DNA of 64,000 nucleotides, taken from assembly GCA_951406725.2 (NCBI GenBank), contig OX597831.1, positions 5,456,001 through 5,520,000 of the forward strand. The letters run 5' to 3'. This DNA is from Octopus vulgaris. Lineage: Eukaryota. The position numbers and the translations under genes are program-made. Positions 25,890 through 39,930 of this stretch are shown here, in pieces. Numbering within the stretch: the stretch's first letter is position 1; each line of letters opens with the position of its first letter. The notes beneath the pieces are model-generated. The model ran no database searches, had not been told where the DNA came from, and saw only the letters and a list, made by a program, of their open reading frames with translations.

Positions 25890-27770
25890 CACATGGCGGT
25901 GTGGTAAGAAGCTCTTTCCCAACTATATGGTTCCAGATTCAGTCCTATAGCATGGCACCTTCGGCTAGTGACTTCTGCTGTGGTATCAGATTGACCAGAG
26001 CCTTGTAAATGGATTTGGTTGATGGAAACTGAAAGAAGCCCATGATGTACATATATATATGTACATATGATGTACATATATAGGCGTAGGAGTGGCTGTG
26101 TGGTAAGTAGCTTGCTTACCAACCACATGGTTCCGGGTTCAGTCCCACTGCAAGGCACCTTGGGCAAGTGTCTTCTACTATAGCCTTGGAGCCAACCAAA
26201 GCCTTGTGAGTGGATTTGGTAGACGGAAACTGAAAGAAGCCCATCGTGTGTATATATATGTATGTGTATGTGCGTGTGTTTGTGTGTCTCTGTTTGTCCC
26301 CCGGAACATCGCTTGACAACCAATGCTGGTATGTTTACGTCCCTGTAACTTAGCAATTCGGCAAAAGAGACCGATAGAATAAATACTAGGCTTTAAAAGA
26401 ATAAGTCCTGGGGTCGATTTTCTCGACTAATGGCGGTGCTCCAGCATGGCCACATTCAAATGACTGAAACAAGTAAAACAGTAAAAAAAAAAAGTATATG
26501 TATACATCTACGTGCATATATCATTGTATCTGTCCTCTACCACTGCTTGGCCACCAATGTTGGTGTGTTTACATCCCCATCACTTAGCAAGAGACTGGTA
26601 GAATGAGTACCAAGATTTAAAGACAAAATGAAATTCCTGAGGTCAATTTGTTCAATTAAAACCGTTCAAGGTGGTGCCCCCCCAGCATGGCCTCGGTGAA
26701 ATGACTGAAACAAATGGAAAAGAGTTCTTATTCTAATTGTAAGACATGTACTTACAGACCCTGGGGTGAGTATTTTTGGTAGCTTAGCCTCATGGCCACT
26801 GCACCACTTGTAAAATAAACGAAAAAAATTTATAGTGTAGGCATATGGTAAGAAGCTTGCTTCCCTATCACATGGTTCGGAGTTCAGTCTCACTGTAAGG
26901 CACCTTGGGCTAGTGTCTTCTACTATAGCCTCAGGTCAGCCAAAGTCTTGTGAGTGGATTTGGTGGACAGAAGCTGAAAGAGCCCTTCAAGTATAGATAA
27001 AAAGGTACAGGCGTGGCTATGTGGTAAGAAGCTTGCTTCCCAAGCACAAGGTTCTGGGTTCAGTCCCACTGTGAGGCACCTTAGGCAAGTGTCTTCTATT
27101 ATAGCCTCAGGTTGGCCAAAGTCTTGTGAGTAGATTTCAGAGACAGAAACTGAAAGAAGCCTTCCATATATGTTCATATATATAAGCACTAAGTGCACTC
27201 TGCTGAGTGGCTGGTTGTTAGGAAGGGCATCTAGCTGTAAAAATCGTGCAAAGACAGTCACAGAAGACTGGTGCAGGATTCGGCCTGGCTGGCTATTGTG
27301 GCACCGTCCCACCTATGTGAGCATGGAATAGGGACACTAAATGATGATGTGTGGTAAGAAATCTGCTCCCCAACCACACGGCTCCGGGTTCAGTCCCACT
27401 GCATGGCACTTTGGGCTAGTGTCCTCTATAGCCTTGAGTCAACCAAATCCTTGTGAGTGGAAACTGAAAGAAGCCCTTTGTGTGTGTTTGCATGTGCATG
27501 CATATGTATGTGTTTATATAATGTGTGTGTGTGTCTTTGTTTCTATGTTTTTTTCCCCCTAATCACTACTTGACAACCGGTGTTGGTGTGTTTACGTCCC
27601 CATAACTTAGTGGCTTGGCAAAAGAAACTGACAGAATAAGTACCAGATTCTTAAAACAAAAAAAAAAAAAAAATTAAAAAATAGTACTAAGGTCGCTACA
27701 TTTGACTAAAAATTTCTTCGAAACGGTGCCCCAGCATGGCCACAGTCTAATGACTGAAACAAGTAAAATA
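25890..27770 (+). mobile_element. Cluster of SINE B copies (full length at ~26082-26480) and related tails
   Basis: At least five heads of type gtggtaagaagcttgct. Confidence 0.8.
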
Positions 27771-28139
27771 CAAAACAAGGAAACAATATTTAAACACAAG
27801 TTTATTATCTTTTTTCAATACCATTTCTGGTTCTTTTCTTCTGTCAATTAAATCTGATAATTTTATAACATTTCAGTTGTTTGTAGAGGGTGGGTGAGGG
27901 GGGGAGATGCTCTTGCCTCGCCCCCTACCCCACCCCCGACCAACATGTAATTTATAAGAATACCACATGGTTTTACAGGATAACATGTATGTATAATCAT
28001 AACATAAAGAGAATAACGTTTGTATAGTCTGATAGAGGAGGGAGTGCGAGAGAGGAAGAGAGAGAGAGAGAGAGGAAGAGAGAGAGAATTGGGGGGGATC
28101 AATAAAGGGAATAAGGGGTTATGAGATTAAAACAGTGAG

Positions 28140-28850
28140 TAGTGTGTGTGTTTGTGTATGCGTGTGTGTTTGTGTGTAACATCAATGCATATACATACAT
28201 TCATATATATCCATACCTGTGCATGCATACATACACATGCATGCATATACATAAATGCATGTATATATATGTATACATATATATGCATGTATATATATAT
28301 GTATACATATATATATATACACACATATGCATGCATATATATATATACATATATATATATATACACACACACATATGCATGCATATATATATATGCATGT
28401 ATATGTGTCTATATATGTATGTATACATATATATGCATGTATATATATGTATACATATCTATATAGACACATACATGCACATATATATGCATGAATGTGT
28501 ATATATATATATATAATTATATATATGTATGTATATATATGCATGTATATATATGTATACATACATATATATGTATGTATACATATATATTACACATATA
28601 AATGTACATACATCCATATATATATATGTATACATGCACATATATATACACATCCATATATATATATGTATACATGCAACATATATATATATACACACAC
28701 ATAAATACACACACACAGAGGGTGGTTAAAAGATAATACAGGGAGCTAACCATCATATAGAAATATATGAAGACATTTCTATTATACATATGTATGCGTA
28801 AATATGTATGTATGAATATATGTAGATATATATTCCAACATTCATATTAG

Positions 28851-28896
<46 letters not shown>
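28140..28896. repeat. Long TA/CA/TG low-complexity tract
   Basis: Direct reading. Confidence 0.9.
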
Positions 28897-28897
<1 letters not shown>

Positions 28898-29400
28898 TTT
28901 ATCAGGTGAGTGCTGAAGTAGAGGTAACCTTGTCTTATAAATAAACTACTTCACCGGAACTAATATATTTAATAACAACTCTGCTAATTGCTCTCAGTAT
29001 GGGGCATGACGCCACGCAGCATCTTTCTGGAAGGTTGTGTAATTGATGAAAACAACCGCAATATGTAATTAGTACTTAAGCCCTTGAATGATAAAAAGCA
29101 AAATTGACTTTGGCAGGATTTGAAATCAGAAGAAATTAGTCTATTCTGCATGGATTTTGGTCTGTACATTAGTAATAATAATAATTATACTTTCAAATTA
29201 TGGTACATGGCCAGCACTTTCATGGGAGGGGTAAGTTGGTTACATTGACCGCCAGTGCTCAAAAGGTATTTATGTCATTGACCCTGAGAGGATGAAAGGC
29301 AAAGTCGACCTCAGTAGGATTTGAACTCAGAACATAAAGATGGGTGAAATACTGCTAAGCATTTTGCCCAGTGTGCTAACAATTCTGCCAGATCTCCACC

Positions 29401-29433
<33 letters not shown>

Positions 29434-30289
29434 GTAATTCTTTCTGCTATAGCCACAAGACCTGAATTTTGTGGGGAAGTGGTAAGTCAATTACATTGAC
29501 CCCAGTACTCAACTGGTACTTAATTTATCGACCCCAAAAAAGGATGACAGGTAAAGTCAACCTCGGTGGAATTTGAACTCAGAACGTAGTGACAGGCGAA
29601 ATACCGCTAAGCATTTCATCCAGTGTGCTAACAATTCTGCCAGCTCATTGCCTTTCTAATAATAATAATAATAATGATAATAATAATAATGATAATACTT
29701 CAATTGCAAAAACTTTAGTGAGAATGCAATTGAGATTGTGTAATATTCATGCCTCTCTAGAAAACAACCTAATATTAGGGGTCTAATGTGTGTGTACATG
29801 TATAAATGCAAGTATAAACAAAAAGGCAACTAAAGTGCTTAATAACAAAGGTAGAGTGTAGTATTTATGGAAGACAGTGGGATGTAATATCGTATAATTA
29901 TTCCACCAGTTTGCATTTTGTGTTCAAATCCTGGTGAGGTCAACTTTGCTTTTTGTTTTTGGTGGTGGTTGTTCAGATAATCATTGACCACAGTTATTAG
30001 TGAGATTTTGAACTAAGATCATAAAAGTAACAATTAAATGATATAAACCAATATGGCCAGCTACTCTTTCAATTCTGCCATAACAATAACACTAATACTT
30101 CTGGCACTGATTAAAGGTTGTGAAGTCATTTATGCAGAAACCCCAGAATATATTGTCAGTTATGTACTTGGGTCAATTGTACCTTCTCTTAAAATGGTGA
30201 CCTTATGCTTAATCCATAGAACCATTGGAGCAGCAGATTAAATAAATACTGTATTTGCCAGCACATGATGCACTCTCGTAAGAACCACT

Positions 30290-31150
30290 CTTGCATGAGG
30301 TGCAGCTTGCCCGAGGCGCAGCTTGCACAAGGCACAACACAGCTTGCACGAGTCACAGCTTGCACGAGTCGCAGCTTGCACGAGTCGCAGCTTGCACGAG
30401 TCGCAGCTTGCACGAGTCGCAGCTTGCACGAGTCGCAGCTTGCACGAGTCGCAGCTTGCACGAGTCACAGCTTGCACGAGTCACAGCTTGCACGAGGCTC
30501 AACTTGCACAAGGTGCAGTTTGCACGAGATACAGCTTGCACGAGGCGCAGCTTGCACGAGGCGCAGCTTGCACGAGTCGCAGCTTGCACGAGTCACAGCT
30601 TGCACGAGTCGCAGCTTGCACAAGTCGCAGCTTGCACGAGTCGCAGCTTGCACGAGGTGCAGCTTGCACGAGTCACAGCTTGCACGAGGTGCAGCTTGCA
30701 CGAGATACAGCTTGCACGAGGCGCAGCTTGCACGAGTCGCAGCTTGCACGAGTCGCAGCTTGCACGAGTCGCAGCTTGCACGAGTCGCAGCTTGCACGAG
30801 TCGCAGCTTGCACGAGTCGCAGCTTGCACGAGTCGCAGCTTGCACGAGGTGCAGCTTGCACGAGTCGCAGCTTGCACGAGTCGCAGCTTGCACGAGTCGC
30901 AGCTTGCACGAGTCGCAGCTTGCACGAGTCGCAGCTTGCACGAGGTGCAGCTTGCACGAGTCGCAGCTTGCACGAGATGCAGCTTTCACGAGATGCAGCT
31001 TGCACGAGTTGCAGCTTGCACGAGGCGCAGCTTGCACGAGTCGCAGCTTGCACGAGGCGCAGCTTGCACGAGTCACAGCTTGCACGAGTCGCAACTTCCA
31101 CGAGGCACAGCTTCCACGAGATGCAGCTTGTGTAAGGTGCACTCTTGCAT
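30290..31150. repeat. Minisatellite, 16-bp unit CAGCTTGCACGAGTCG, about 53 copies
   Basis: Direct reading. The 16-aa periodicity of the ORFs equals three units. Homogeneous centre, degenerate ends. Confidence 0.95.
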
Positions 31151-34100
31151 ATATGATACATCCTTATTTTAGAAATATATTTTGGAGAAAAAAATAAGTT
31201 CAGTATGTTGCATTACACACTTATTGAAAGATTTTTATGTGGTTTGGTCAGGAATAATGTCTGAGACTGTGCATATAAATGCAATTCTGCGACACTAAAC
31301 TGGAATAAAGTAGAAAGCATAAATTTTTCATAAATAAACTGTTATAGGAGTGCAGTATTTCAACTTTATTTTCTTTCAGATCAGTTATCAACTTGTTTAT
31401 ATCATGGTCAAGGGAATTATCATACAGGATATAAAACTTTAAAATTTTTGGTTATGATGTTTTGTGTTACCTTGATCAGCCACCAGGGTGGTGCGCCAAC
31501 ATTATGGCTTTGTTGTCATCCACTCATTGCACAAAGCTGATGGGTGAATGAAAGTTTAGAATTACATATTTCTAAGAGAATTTTTATTTAGAAAATTAAT
31601 GTTTCCTAAAGGTAACAGTCATTAAATAATGTAAGCCACTTGTCAGGTATGGGTTATGTATGCTGGGTAAGGAGGTATAATAAGATGATGTGATCTCTTC
31701 ACATAAGTGCTGAGATACCATCAGCAATTCTCCATAAGTTTGTGCTAATAGACTGCCGTATTTTGGCCCATTTTCAATATTTTATTGTTAGTGACAATTA
31801 CCGTGCTTAGAGGATTTGTGCATATCCAGCTATCCAGCCTACAAAGAACAATCTCCCATTCATAATATGACTACATTAGGTGCAGGCTAATTTAAAAATA
31901 CAAAATCAAAGCATGTCTTATACACCAGCAAATATGGTACCTTGTTTTAGCTCTTTATGTTCTGAGTTCAAATCCCACCAAAGTGAACTTTACCCTTTTC
32001 CCCTTCCAGGTTCAATAGAAATATAAGTCAAGGACTGAAGGGAATAGATTTGAGTTTTCAATTCCCTCTAAATTTCTTTGTGTCTGGAGTATTTCTATTA
32101 TCATAAATTCTCCCAAGATCACAGAGCAGGTAGAGCAGGTAGCTTCCTATATAATATTATAACAAATACACACATTCTATCAACTCCCACAACCACTCAC
32201 AGGAGGAGAATGAAAGACTTGAATCTGGTGGGAGAGGGCTTTGAACTGAGAACTCGAAGGGGTATAACTAAATACCACAAGGTATTACGTTCTGGCGTTC
32301 AGACAGAATGGTCAACTTAAGTGACCCCAGTAGATAAATATTTTACAATCAAAGAAAGATAAAAATCAGTTTTGGCAGCAAATAACAGTGGACAGGGAAA
32401 AAATGGTTGAGAGATGCTAATCGGATATTTGTATTGAGAGTAATAACAACCAGTAGGAGGAGATACTGTAAGACCTTATTTTGGACAGTGGACATTGTGA
32501 AGCTTGAAGCTGACCTGGCGAGATCACTACTTGTAATTTGTAGACAAGAATGGGTGTTAAAATATTCACTGCAAACAGGTGTGTGCGAGAGTGTAAATGG
32601 AGAAGTAGGGTATAATGGGATTTGAACCTTGCAATTTCTACTGAGTGTCAGTGTTAAGGAAGGTGTATGTTTGTAATGGAGTTTGTTCCAGTATGGCCTG
32701 TGCTGTGATTACTAAAATAAAGCATAAATTAATAAGTAGGAAAAAAACAGGTGAAATAAGTATGAGAAGTAGTTATTAGGTGTGAGATGAGAAATAAGAG
32801 ACAAGAGAGAGAAATGAGGAACAAAAGTATAAGTTGTGAATGTTTAAGGGAAATACTTAAGATTTAGTGAAGGGAAAAAAAGGGAGTTGCTTCTCTTCTC
32901 TTGGAAGAGTCCCTAATTATTCATGTGAAGCTCAAGGGAGAGGACTTTGAACTGAGGACTTGAAAGGAATATAACTAAATACTGTAAGGTATTTAGTTCC
33001 AGTGTTCAGACAAAGAAGGCTGAAGGGTAAATATCTTGTCTGAATATTTGCAACAGGGTGGACTCGCAATAAGTAGCCAGGGGCCAAGAAGTGGGGTATT
33101 AAACCTGGAGACATATATATGGAGAGAGATGAACAGAGAGAACAATATATATATAACATGAGAGGGAGAGAGAGGAAGATGATTAATATAGATATATGTA
33201 TGTAAAGAAATAGGGTAGCCATCGTCTTTAAAGTATAAAATGTGATTAAACTGGACAAATAATGGATTTAGTAGAGAAATAGTAAATAATATAATTCTGA
33301 AAAAACATTTAAAATTGTCATGGTGAAAACTACTTCAATGTATAATAACAATAATAACCCTTTCTACTGTAGGAACATCAACCCCAGTGTGTCACTGGTA
33401 CTTGATTTATTGACCCCAAAAGGATGAAAGGTAAAGTCCACCCTGGCAGCATTTGAACTCGGAACATGATGACAGATGAAATACTGTGAAGCATTTTGCC
33501 TGACATGCTAAAGGTTCTGACTGTTTGCCGTCTTAATAATAATTTCTCATATAGGCATGGCCAGCAATTTTAGTGGGGAGGGGGGCGAGACAATTACATT
33601 GACCCCAGTGCTTGACTGGTACTTAATTTATCGACCCCAAAAGGATGACAGGCAAAGTTGACCTTAGTGGAATTTCAAGTCAGAACACAGAGCCAGAAGG
33701 AATGTTGCTGAGCATTTTGTCCGGCAAGATAATGATTCTATCCTGATTCTACCAGCTCACCGACTTATTAATACTAATAATAACAACAACAACAACACTA
33801 ATAATAATGTCTTCCCTGCTCAGTTAACACCAAGAGACCCTGTGACACCCCTGACAACAGGTTGCTGTCTGCTCTCACAGAGTCAACCAGGGCAAATAAG
33901 ACTGAAAGCTCTGAGGAGTAAAATAATAATAATTTCTAAAACAAGTGCAAGAGCGTACATTGTAGGAAGTGAGTCTATTATTGATTGTATTTCTTTAGCA
34001 TCAGAAGAATGAAAGACAAAGTTGCCAACATAGTGGACAGGAATTGAAATCAGAGACGAAAGATATACAACAACAGCAGCAAGCTGTTTTGTCTGTTACC

Positions 34101-34536
34101 AATTCTACAAATCCATAGCTCATTAATAAAGTGCAGGACTATGGCATTTAAAATTTACTTAGTTTAGTTTAATTTAAAATAGTTAATGCAATTTAGGTAG
34201 AATTAATAGATATACAACAGCTGCTTTTTGTCTGTTACCAATTCTACAAATCCATAGCTCATTGGTAGGACCATTCACAACCTGTGGAGTAGGATGGATA
34301 CCTGGTATATCTTGTTGGAAAACCAATGATTTATAAATGGTATTTTGTTTTCCATTTACTTCCATAAAGATATTGGTTTCATGTAGATTAAATACAAAGG
34401 TATAAATAATTTAGTTTAAGGGGAATTTGTAGCATTTACACCTTTCTCAATGGTGTAGACATAAATGAAAGAAGAGTTACCTGAATTGAAGGACTTCTCA
34501 CTGATTAGAGCAATAAATAGTTCATTGCATTAACAA

Positions 34537-34569
<33 letters not shown>

Positions 34570-34926
34570 TATATTATATTTTGTGAAATTTGATTTAGTA
34601 TTTCTAAATTGAATTTTTCCCTGTAAGTTTGGAATAATATTCCCTCTTATTATTATATATATATATATATACATACTTTTATAAAAGCTGCAAATCTTCA
34701 CAAAAACTGTTTTCAATTTCACATTTCTGTTCATCAAACAGTTGTATTTATCATCACTGACCGACAAACAGGAACATGGAACTAACAGTTTTGTGATGAT
34801 GTTTGCAGCTTTAATAAAAGCATATTGCTCTACCTTAGGTATTTGAGTACTATTTTTTATCCCCTTATTTAGCATTTATGTGCTTACTTGTGTATGTGTG
34901 TGCATGTATATATACATAAATATATA

Positions 34927-35177
34927 TATTATTCTTAAACAAGTATATTATTGACAGTGGTTTTGACATTTTAGCCAGTTAAGCCCTAATTATAAATTGG
35001 GTTATTCTATACAAAAGTATAGAGTAACTCATCAGTTTAATGTGTAATAAAAACAATTTTACATTAAACTGATGGGTTATTCTATACTTTTGTATAGAAT
35101 AACCCAATTTATAATTAGGGCTTAACTGGCTAAAATGTCAAAACCACTGTCAATAATATACTTGTTTAAGAATAATA
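34927..35177. repeat. Near-perfect inverted repeat, 117-bp arms, 17-nt spacer
   Basis: Arms 34927-35043 and 35061-35177 differ at about two positions. Each contains an internal hairpin. Confidence 0.92.
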
Positions 35178-37731
35178 ATATATTTAATTATGATTAAAAT
35201 TAGTGCTAGGGTTGTAAACATGATCGACTGCACATCCATCACTCCTGAATAGGACACTGGAAGCAAGTTGTTTCACCTCTCTGTGTCTTTCAGGTGTTTT
35301 AACACCCAGTGCTATGAGGGAGTCACCCCCTAAGTGCTAAACCACAGCAAACAAGCAAAACACATACAGTGAGTATGTGCAGTTGCTAATACACACACAC
35401 ACACACACACACATATATAATGTTAAATAAGAGGAAAATAATTAAGGCAGGACTATGGCATTTAAAATTTACTTAGTTTAGTTTATTTAAGATAGTTAAT
35501 GCAATTTAGGTAGAATTAATAGATATAGTCTCTTAGAGCTGCTTCTGGGATATCCCAGCCACAGAATCATTGTATTGATCCAAGGTTCCATGTATTGGGT
35601 ATTCCATCATTAGAGAAATATAAGCAGGAAGTTATAGACAGGAACATTTGTTGTATAAAAATGTGTAGCACAGGAGAAAGTTCATGGCTTATTATAGTTA
35701 TATATATATAAATGTCAGGATTATCATCGTAGCTACACAATAAGGTATTGGACATTTTAGCTCCCCTGATTAAAAGAAAAAAAATCTAACTTATCTGAGC
35801 GAAACTGATTGGGGGATTAATTACAACCAGTCTGTACATACTCCGGGCCCTTCGCCTCAACATACGGAAACTAATAATCTATTATGATCTGTACGGAGAG
35901 TTAACTAGTCTTCTATTTTCTTGATAAAAGCATTTTAAATTTGATATTTTGGAATATAAAGATTAAAGAATACAAAATGGTGTTAAGACGGGCTGCCCAT
36001 CGTTGTTGCGATTATCAAAATCATTTTGTAGTGTTACTTTACATAATTATGATTCAGTTACCCTTATCCTGTCCCCGCCCCTGAACCCTGGGATTGGTGT
36101 AATTGACTAGCCCCTCCCCAAAAACTTTCAGGTATTGCACCTAGAGTAGAAAGTGTATTATTATTACTATTCTTCTTCTTCTTCTTCTTCTTATTATTAT
36201 TATTAAAGGTGGTGAGCTGGCAGAATCGTTAGCATTCTGAACAAAATGCTTGGCAGTATTTTGCCTTTCATCCTTTCAGGGTCAATAAAATGAGTACCAG
36301 TTAAACACTGGGGTCAATGTAATCGACTCATCCCCCCCACCCCCACAAGCTGCCCTTCTGACAAAAATTTGGAATTATTATTATTATTATTATTCTTTGC
36401 TGTAGCTCATTTTTTGCCAGGCGGTGGGGATCAATGAAGAAGCTCCCACCCCTTTTACCAAGCGTATTACTGGTATCTTCCTCAATAGCTAACAGAGTAA
36501 ACATGTCATGGACAATATTCATCCCATCTCAATTTTTTGATGGATGATAAGTAAAGTAAAAACAAAAAAAATATAATAAAAATGATTTTAATGTAAATAA
36601 GAGACAATGTGAGAATTCATATCAAAACTAATTTCTCTCTCACACACAAACACACTGCATATATGTATGTGTGTGTATATATATATATATATATATAATG
36701 TAAAAATCAAAGTATGCAATGTTATAAATTTATTTCAGCTCCCCTTACCAACTGGTTTCTTACAGGGTATTAGGTAACTGGATATTAGATAACAGTGCAG
36801 TTAAGTAACACCACGTACTCTTCAGAGATGGCAGGTATGGAAGAAATACAGCATTGTCATAGATGACCATATATATATATATATAAAGTGTATATATATA
36901 AAGTGCATATATATATATGTACACATACACACAAACATTAAAATTCATTCACACATAAATATATACACATCCAAACATGGCAAGGTATTGAATCAAGTGC
37001 TCTATTATGGCTGTAAATGGATAACCAAATGAATAACAAGAGATAAAAGAAAACATGTATGCTTAGATATGCATATGTACACACTTGTGTGTCTAAGTAT
37101 ATATATGTGTGTGTGTATCTATATATATATATATACACACACAGACACACACACACACTCATCTACATACACACACACATACTTAAAAACATGCATTTAC
37201 TTGCATATTATACATGTGTATATGCTGATATATATGCTTTCTCTACAAACCGCAACGGTGATGTTAGTGGATGGTGGTGCAATAGTTAATGTAGTGGTAC
37301 ATATGAAAATAGAGAGGAGGAGGAGGAGGAGGAGGGAAAGTGATAAATATAGGGAGCATCAGAGAGGGAGGTAGCAATGTGATATAGGTGGGGTGGTGGG
37401 TAGCAATATTAGTATATGGTGGTGGTGGTGGTGTGAGGATGAAGAACTGCAAAAAAAAAAAAGGTTCCTTATCTGAAAATGGTGGTGGTGGTGGTCGTGG
37501 TAATGGGGGAAGGTCGTAGGGTAGAGAAGGAAAGAGAAAGAGCAGGTGGACAGATTGATTGGTTGGTTAATTGATTGACAGACAGGTAAATAGCTAGTTA
37601 TATAGAGAGGTAGGTAGACTGACAGATTGACAGATAAATAGGACATACAGGTAGATAGGTAGATAGATATAGATGAATAGATATATGAATGGACAGAGAA
37701 AAATAGAAAAGAAGAAAAATTATACAGGACC

Positions 37732-37782
<51 letters not shown>

Positions 37783-38123
37783 CACACACAGACATACATG
37801 CAGGTGGAAAAGTTGTGAGAATTAGAACTGAGGGGGGGTAAAAACAGGATAGGTTAAAGAGCAGTAAAAAGAGAAAAATAGTGGAGAGTGAAAGATGTAA
37901 TAAGGAAAGAAAAGGTGATTAAGATTAATTAAACCTCCACCACACATATAATAGTAATTAACAAATTGTGTGTGTGTGTGTGTGTGTAAATAACAAGTGC
38001 TAGTCTGAGAAGTAAGTGCCGGAGTTGCCGTGATTGTCTAAAAACTTTTCAAGGCAATGCTCCAACAACTGAGACGAAAGTATAAAAGAATATCTATTTA
38101 CCTGCCTGTTTAGAAATTAGCTA

Positions 38124-38178
<55 letters not shown>

Positions 38179-38394
38179 ATATATACACATGCATGTGTGT
38201 TTGTTCTTTGATAAATCTATCTCTGCCCATCGGTTAATGATTCTAAACATATATATATACATATATATTTGTGTGTGTATATAAGTGTATATATTTATTA
38301 ACGTTGTCTTATTTTGTCACTTGGATGCCTAATAATCTGTCTATACACACATACAGACACACATGCATATATATCCATATATATATTTGTATAT

Positions 38395-38450
<56 letters not shown>

Positions 38451-38976
38451 ACTTTTCCGTAAGTCCTAACAACAACAACATAAATAAAATGCTATAAAAA
38501 TTTTAGAATTTTAAAAAATAACAGTTGTTGCTGACGGTGGTGGAGGTGGGGGGAAAGTTGGGGGGTGGAGTAGAAAAATCAACAATAACAACAAAAAAGG
38601 TCATAATAACCCCTAATCCACCCTAATACTTAATAATTTCCCACCCACCCCAAAATTAACAGTTAAACCCCACCCTCCCAATTTAAATTGTTAATCAAGG
38701 TGGGTTAGAACAATTTGTGAAATAATTATCAATTTTTCTTTTTTTTTTTTCTTTTTTTTCTTTCTGTTTTTTGTTTTAAAGTACAAATAAAAAAAAATTT
38801 AAATAAATAAAAAAAGGATAAAAGTTAATACCATTATCATTAGTATAATTACAATTATTGTCAATATTATTATTATTATTATTATTATTATTATCAAATG
38901 TCCATATGGCAATAGAAAGAAATTAACATTGTATAATCACTGTTGATGCAATTGTTGTTGCTGTCAATATTATAAT

Positions 38977-39008
<32 letters not shown>

Positions 39009-39027
39009 TTATAACCGTCAGTAGTTT

Positions 39028-39203
39028 TCATACTGATGTCTCTCGGAAAACTCGGACAGAGGTGCCGTTGTGTTGTACATGGATGTATTTCGTGGTGTCC
39101 ACTTGAGAGATCTTTACTTGAGTGCTAGGGACGATAATGTCAGTTGTAAGGAGACACTGCGCAAGGGCAGAGTCCAGCTTGTCACTCTCTGCTGGGGTTT
39201 TAC
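39028..39203 (-). CDS. INPP5A: Distal alternative terminal exon of INPP5A ending in PDZ-binding motif ETSV*
   Basis: Acceptor tgttttattttctacag|GTAAAA. In phase 1, matching the 58817 donor, it reads (G)KTPAESDKLDSALAQCLLTTDIIVPSTQVKISQVDTTKYIHVQHNGTSVRVFRETSV-TGA. It is a unique-looking island among simple repeats. The link to INPP5A is inferred from strand and phase. Confidence 0.68.
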
Positions 39204-39469
39204 CTGTAGAAAATAAAACAGAACAGGTAGAAGAAATTTAAAAACACACACAAACACACACATATATATATACATACACATTATGGTCATTCCATGCTTG
39301 CAATGGGTTGGACAGATTTTCTATGGCTGGATGCTCTTCCGTTCGGTGAGTCTTAACCGTTTCCACCTACCACAATATATTTCCCCCATGGCTGGATACG
39401 TTTGTGCAGGATATTAGAAATTAATGACATCCATTTAGAACAATTGTGTGATGTCAAAGTAAAGATACT

Positions 39470-39930
39470 TACTCACTCTCTCACTCACTCACTCACTCAC
39501 TCACTCACTCACTCACTCACTCACTCTCACTCACTCATTCACTATCACTCTCACACTCACTCATTCACTCTCACACTCACTCATTCACTCTCACACTCAC
39601 TCATTCACTCTCTCACTCACTCACTCACTCACTCTCACACTCACTCATTCACTCTCACTCACTCACTTTCACACACACACACTCTCACGCGCTTGCCCTC
39701 TCTCTCTCATGCCCTCTGTCTTACATGCACACTCACTCTCACGCACTCATCCTTAGCGCTTGCCCTCTCTCTCGTGCCCTCTGTCTCACATGCACACTTG
39801 CCCTTAGCGCTTACCCTCTTCCTCTCAAGCCCCCTTGCACCCTCTCTCTCTCGCCCTCTCACGCGCTCATCCTTAGCGCTTGCCCCCTCTCTCACTCACA
39901 CGCACACTCACTCACTCACTCTCACACATA
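39470..39930. repeat. (TCAC)n / CT-rich low-complexity repeat
   Basis: Direct reading. Explains ORF 39402..40049. Confidence 0.9.

Noticed and set aside
25751-26356. 201-aa ORF and similar recurring peptides (DGLLSVSVYQIHSQGFG, MRNWYLFNRPRKDERQSR)
   Set aside because: Antisense translations of SINE B and SINE A that recur wherever these SINEs occur.
28127-28789. Many Y/I/C/V/H/T-rich ORFs here and at 2569, 4688, 6303, 41037 and 42606
   Set aside because: Translations of TA/CA/TG microsatellites.
30290-31150. CRISPR-like array
   Set aside because: Units are contiguous with no unique spacers, there are no cas genes, and the context is eukaryotic.
30265-31197. 310-, 293-, 270- and 225-aa ORFs
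   Set aside because: All frames are open only because the 16-bp unit lacks stop codons. There is no unique coding context.
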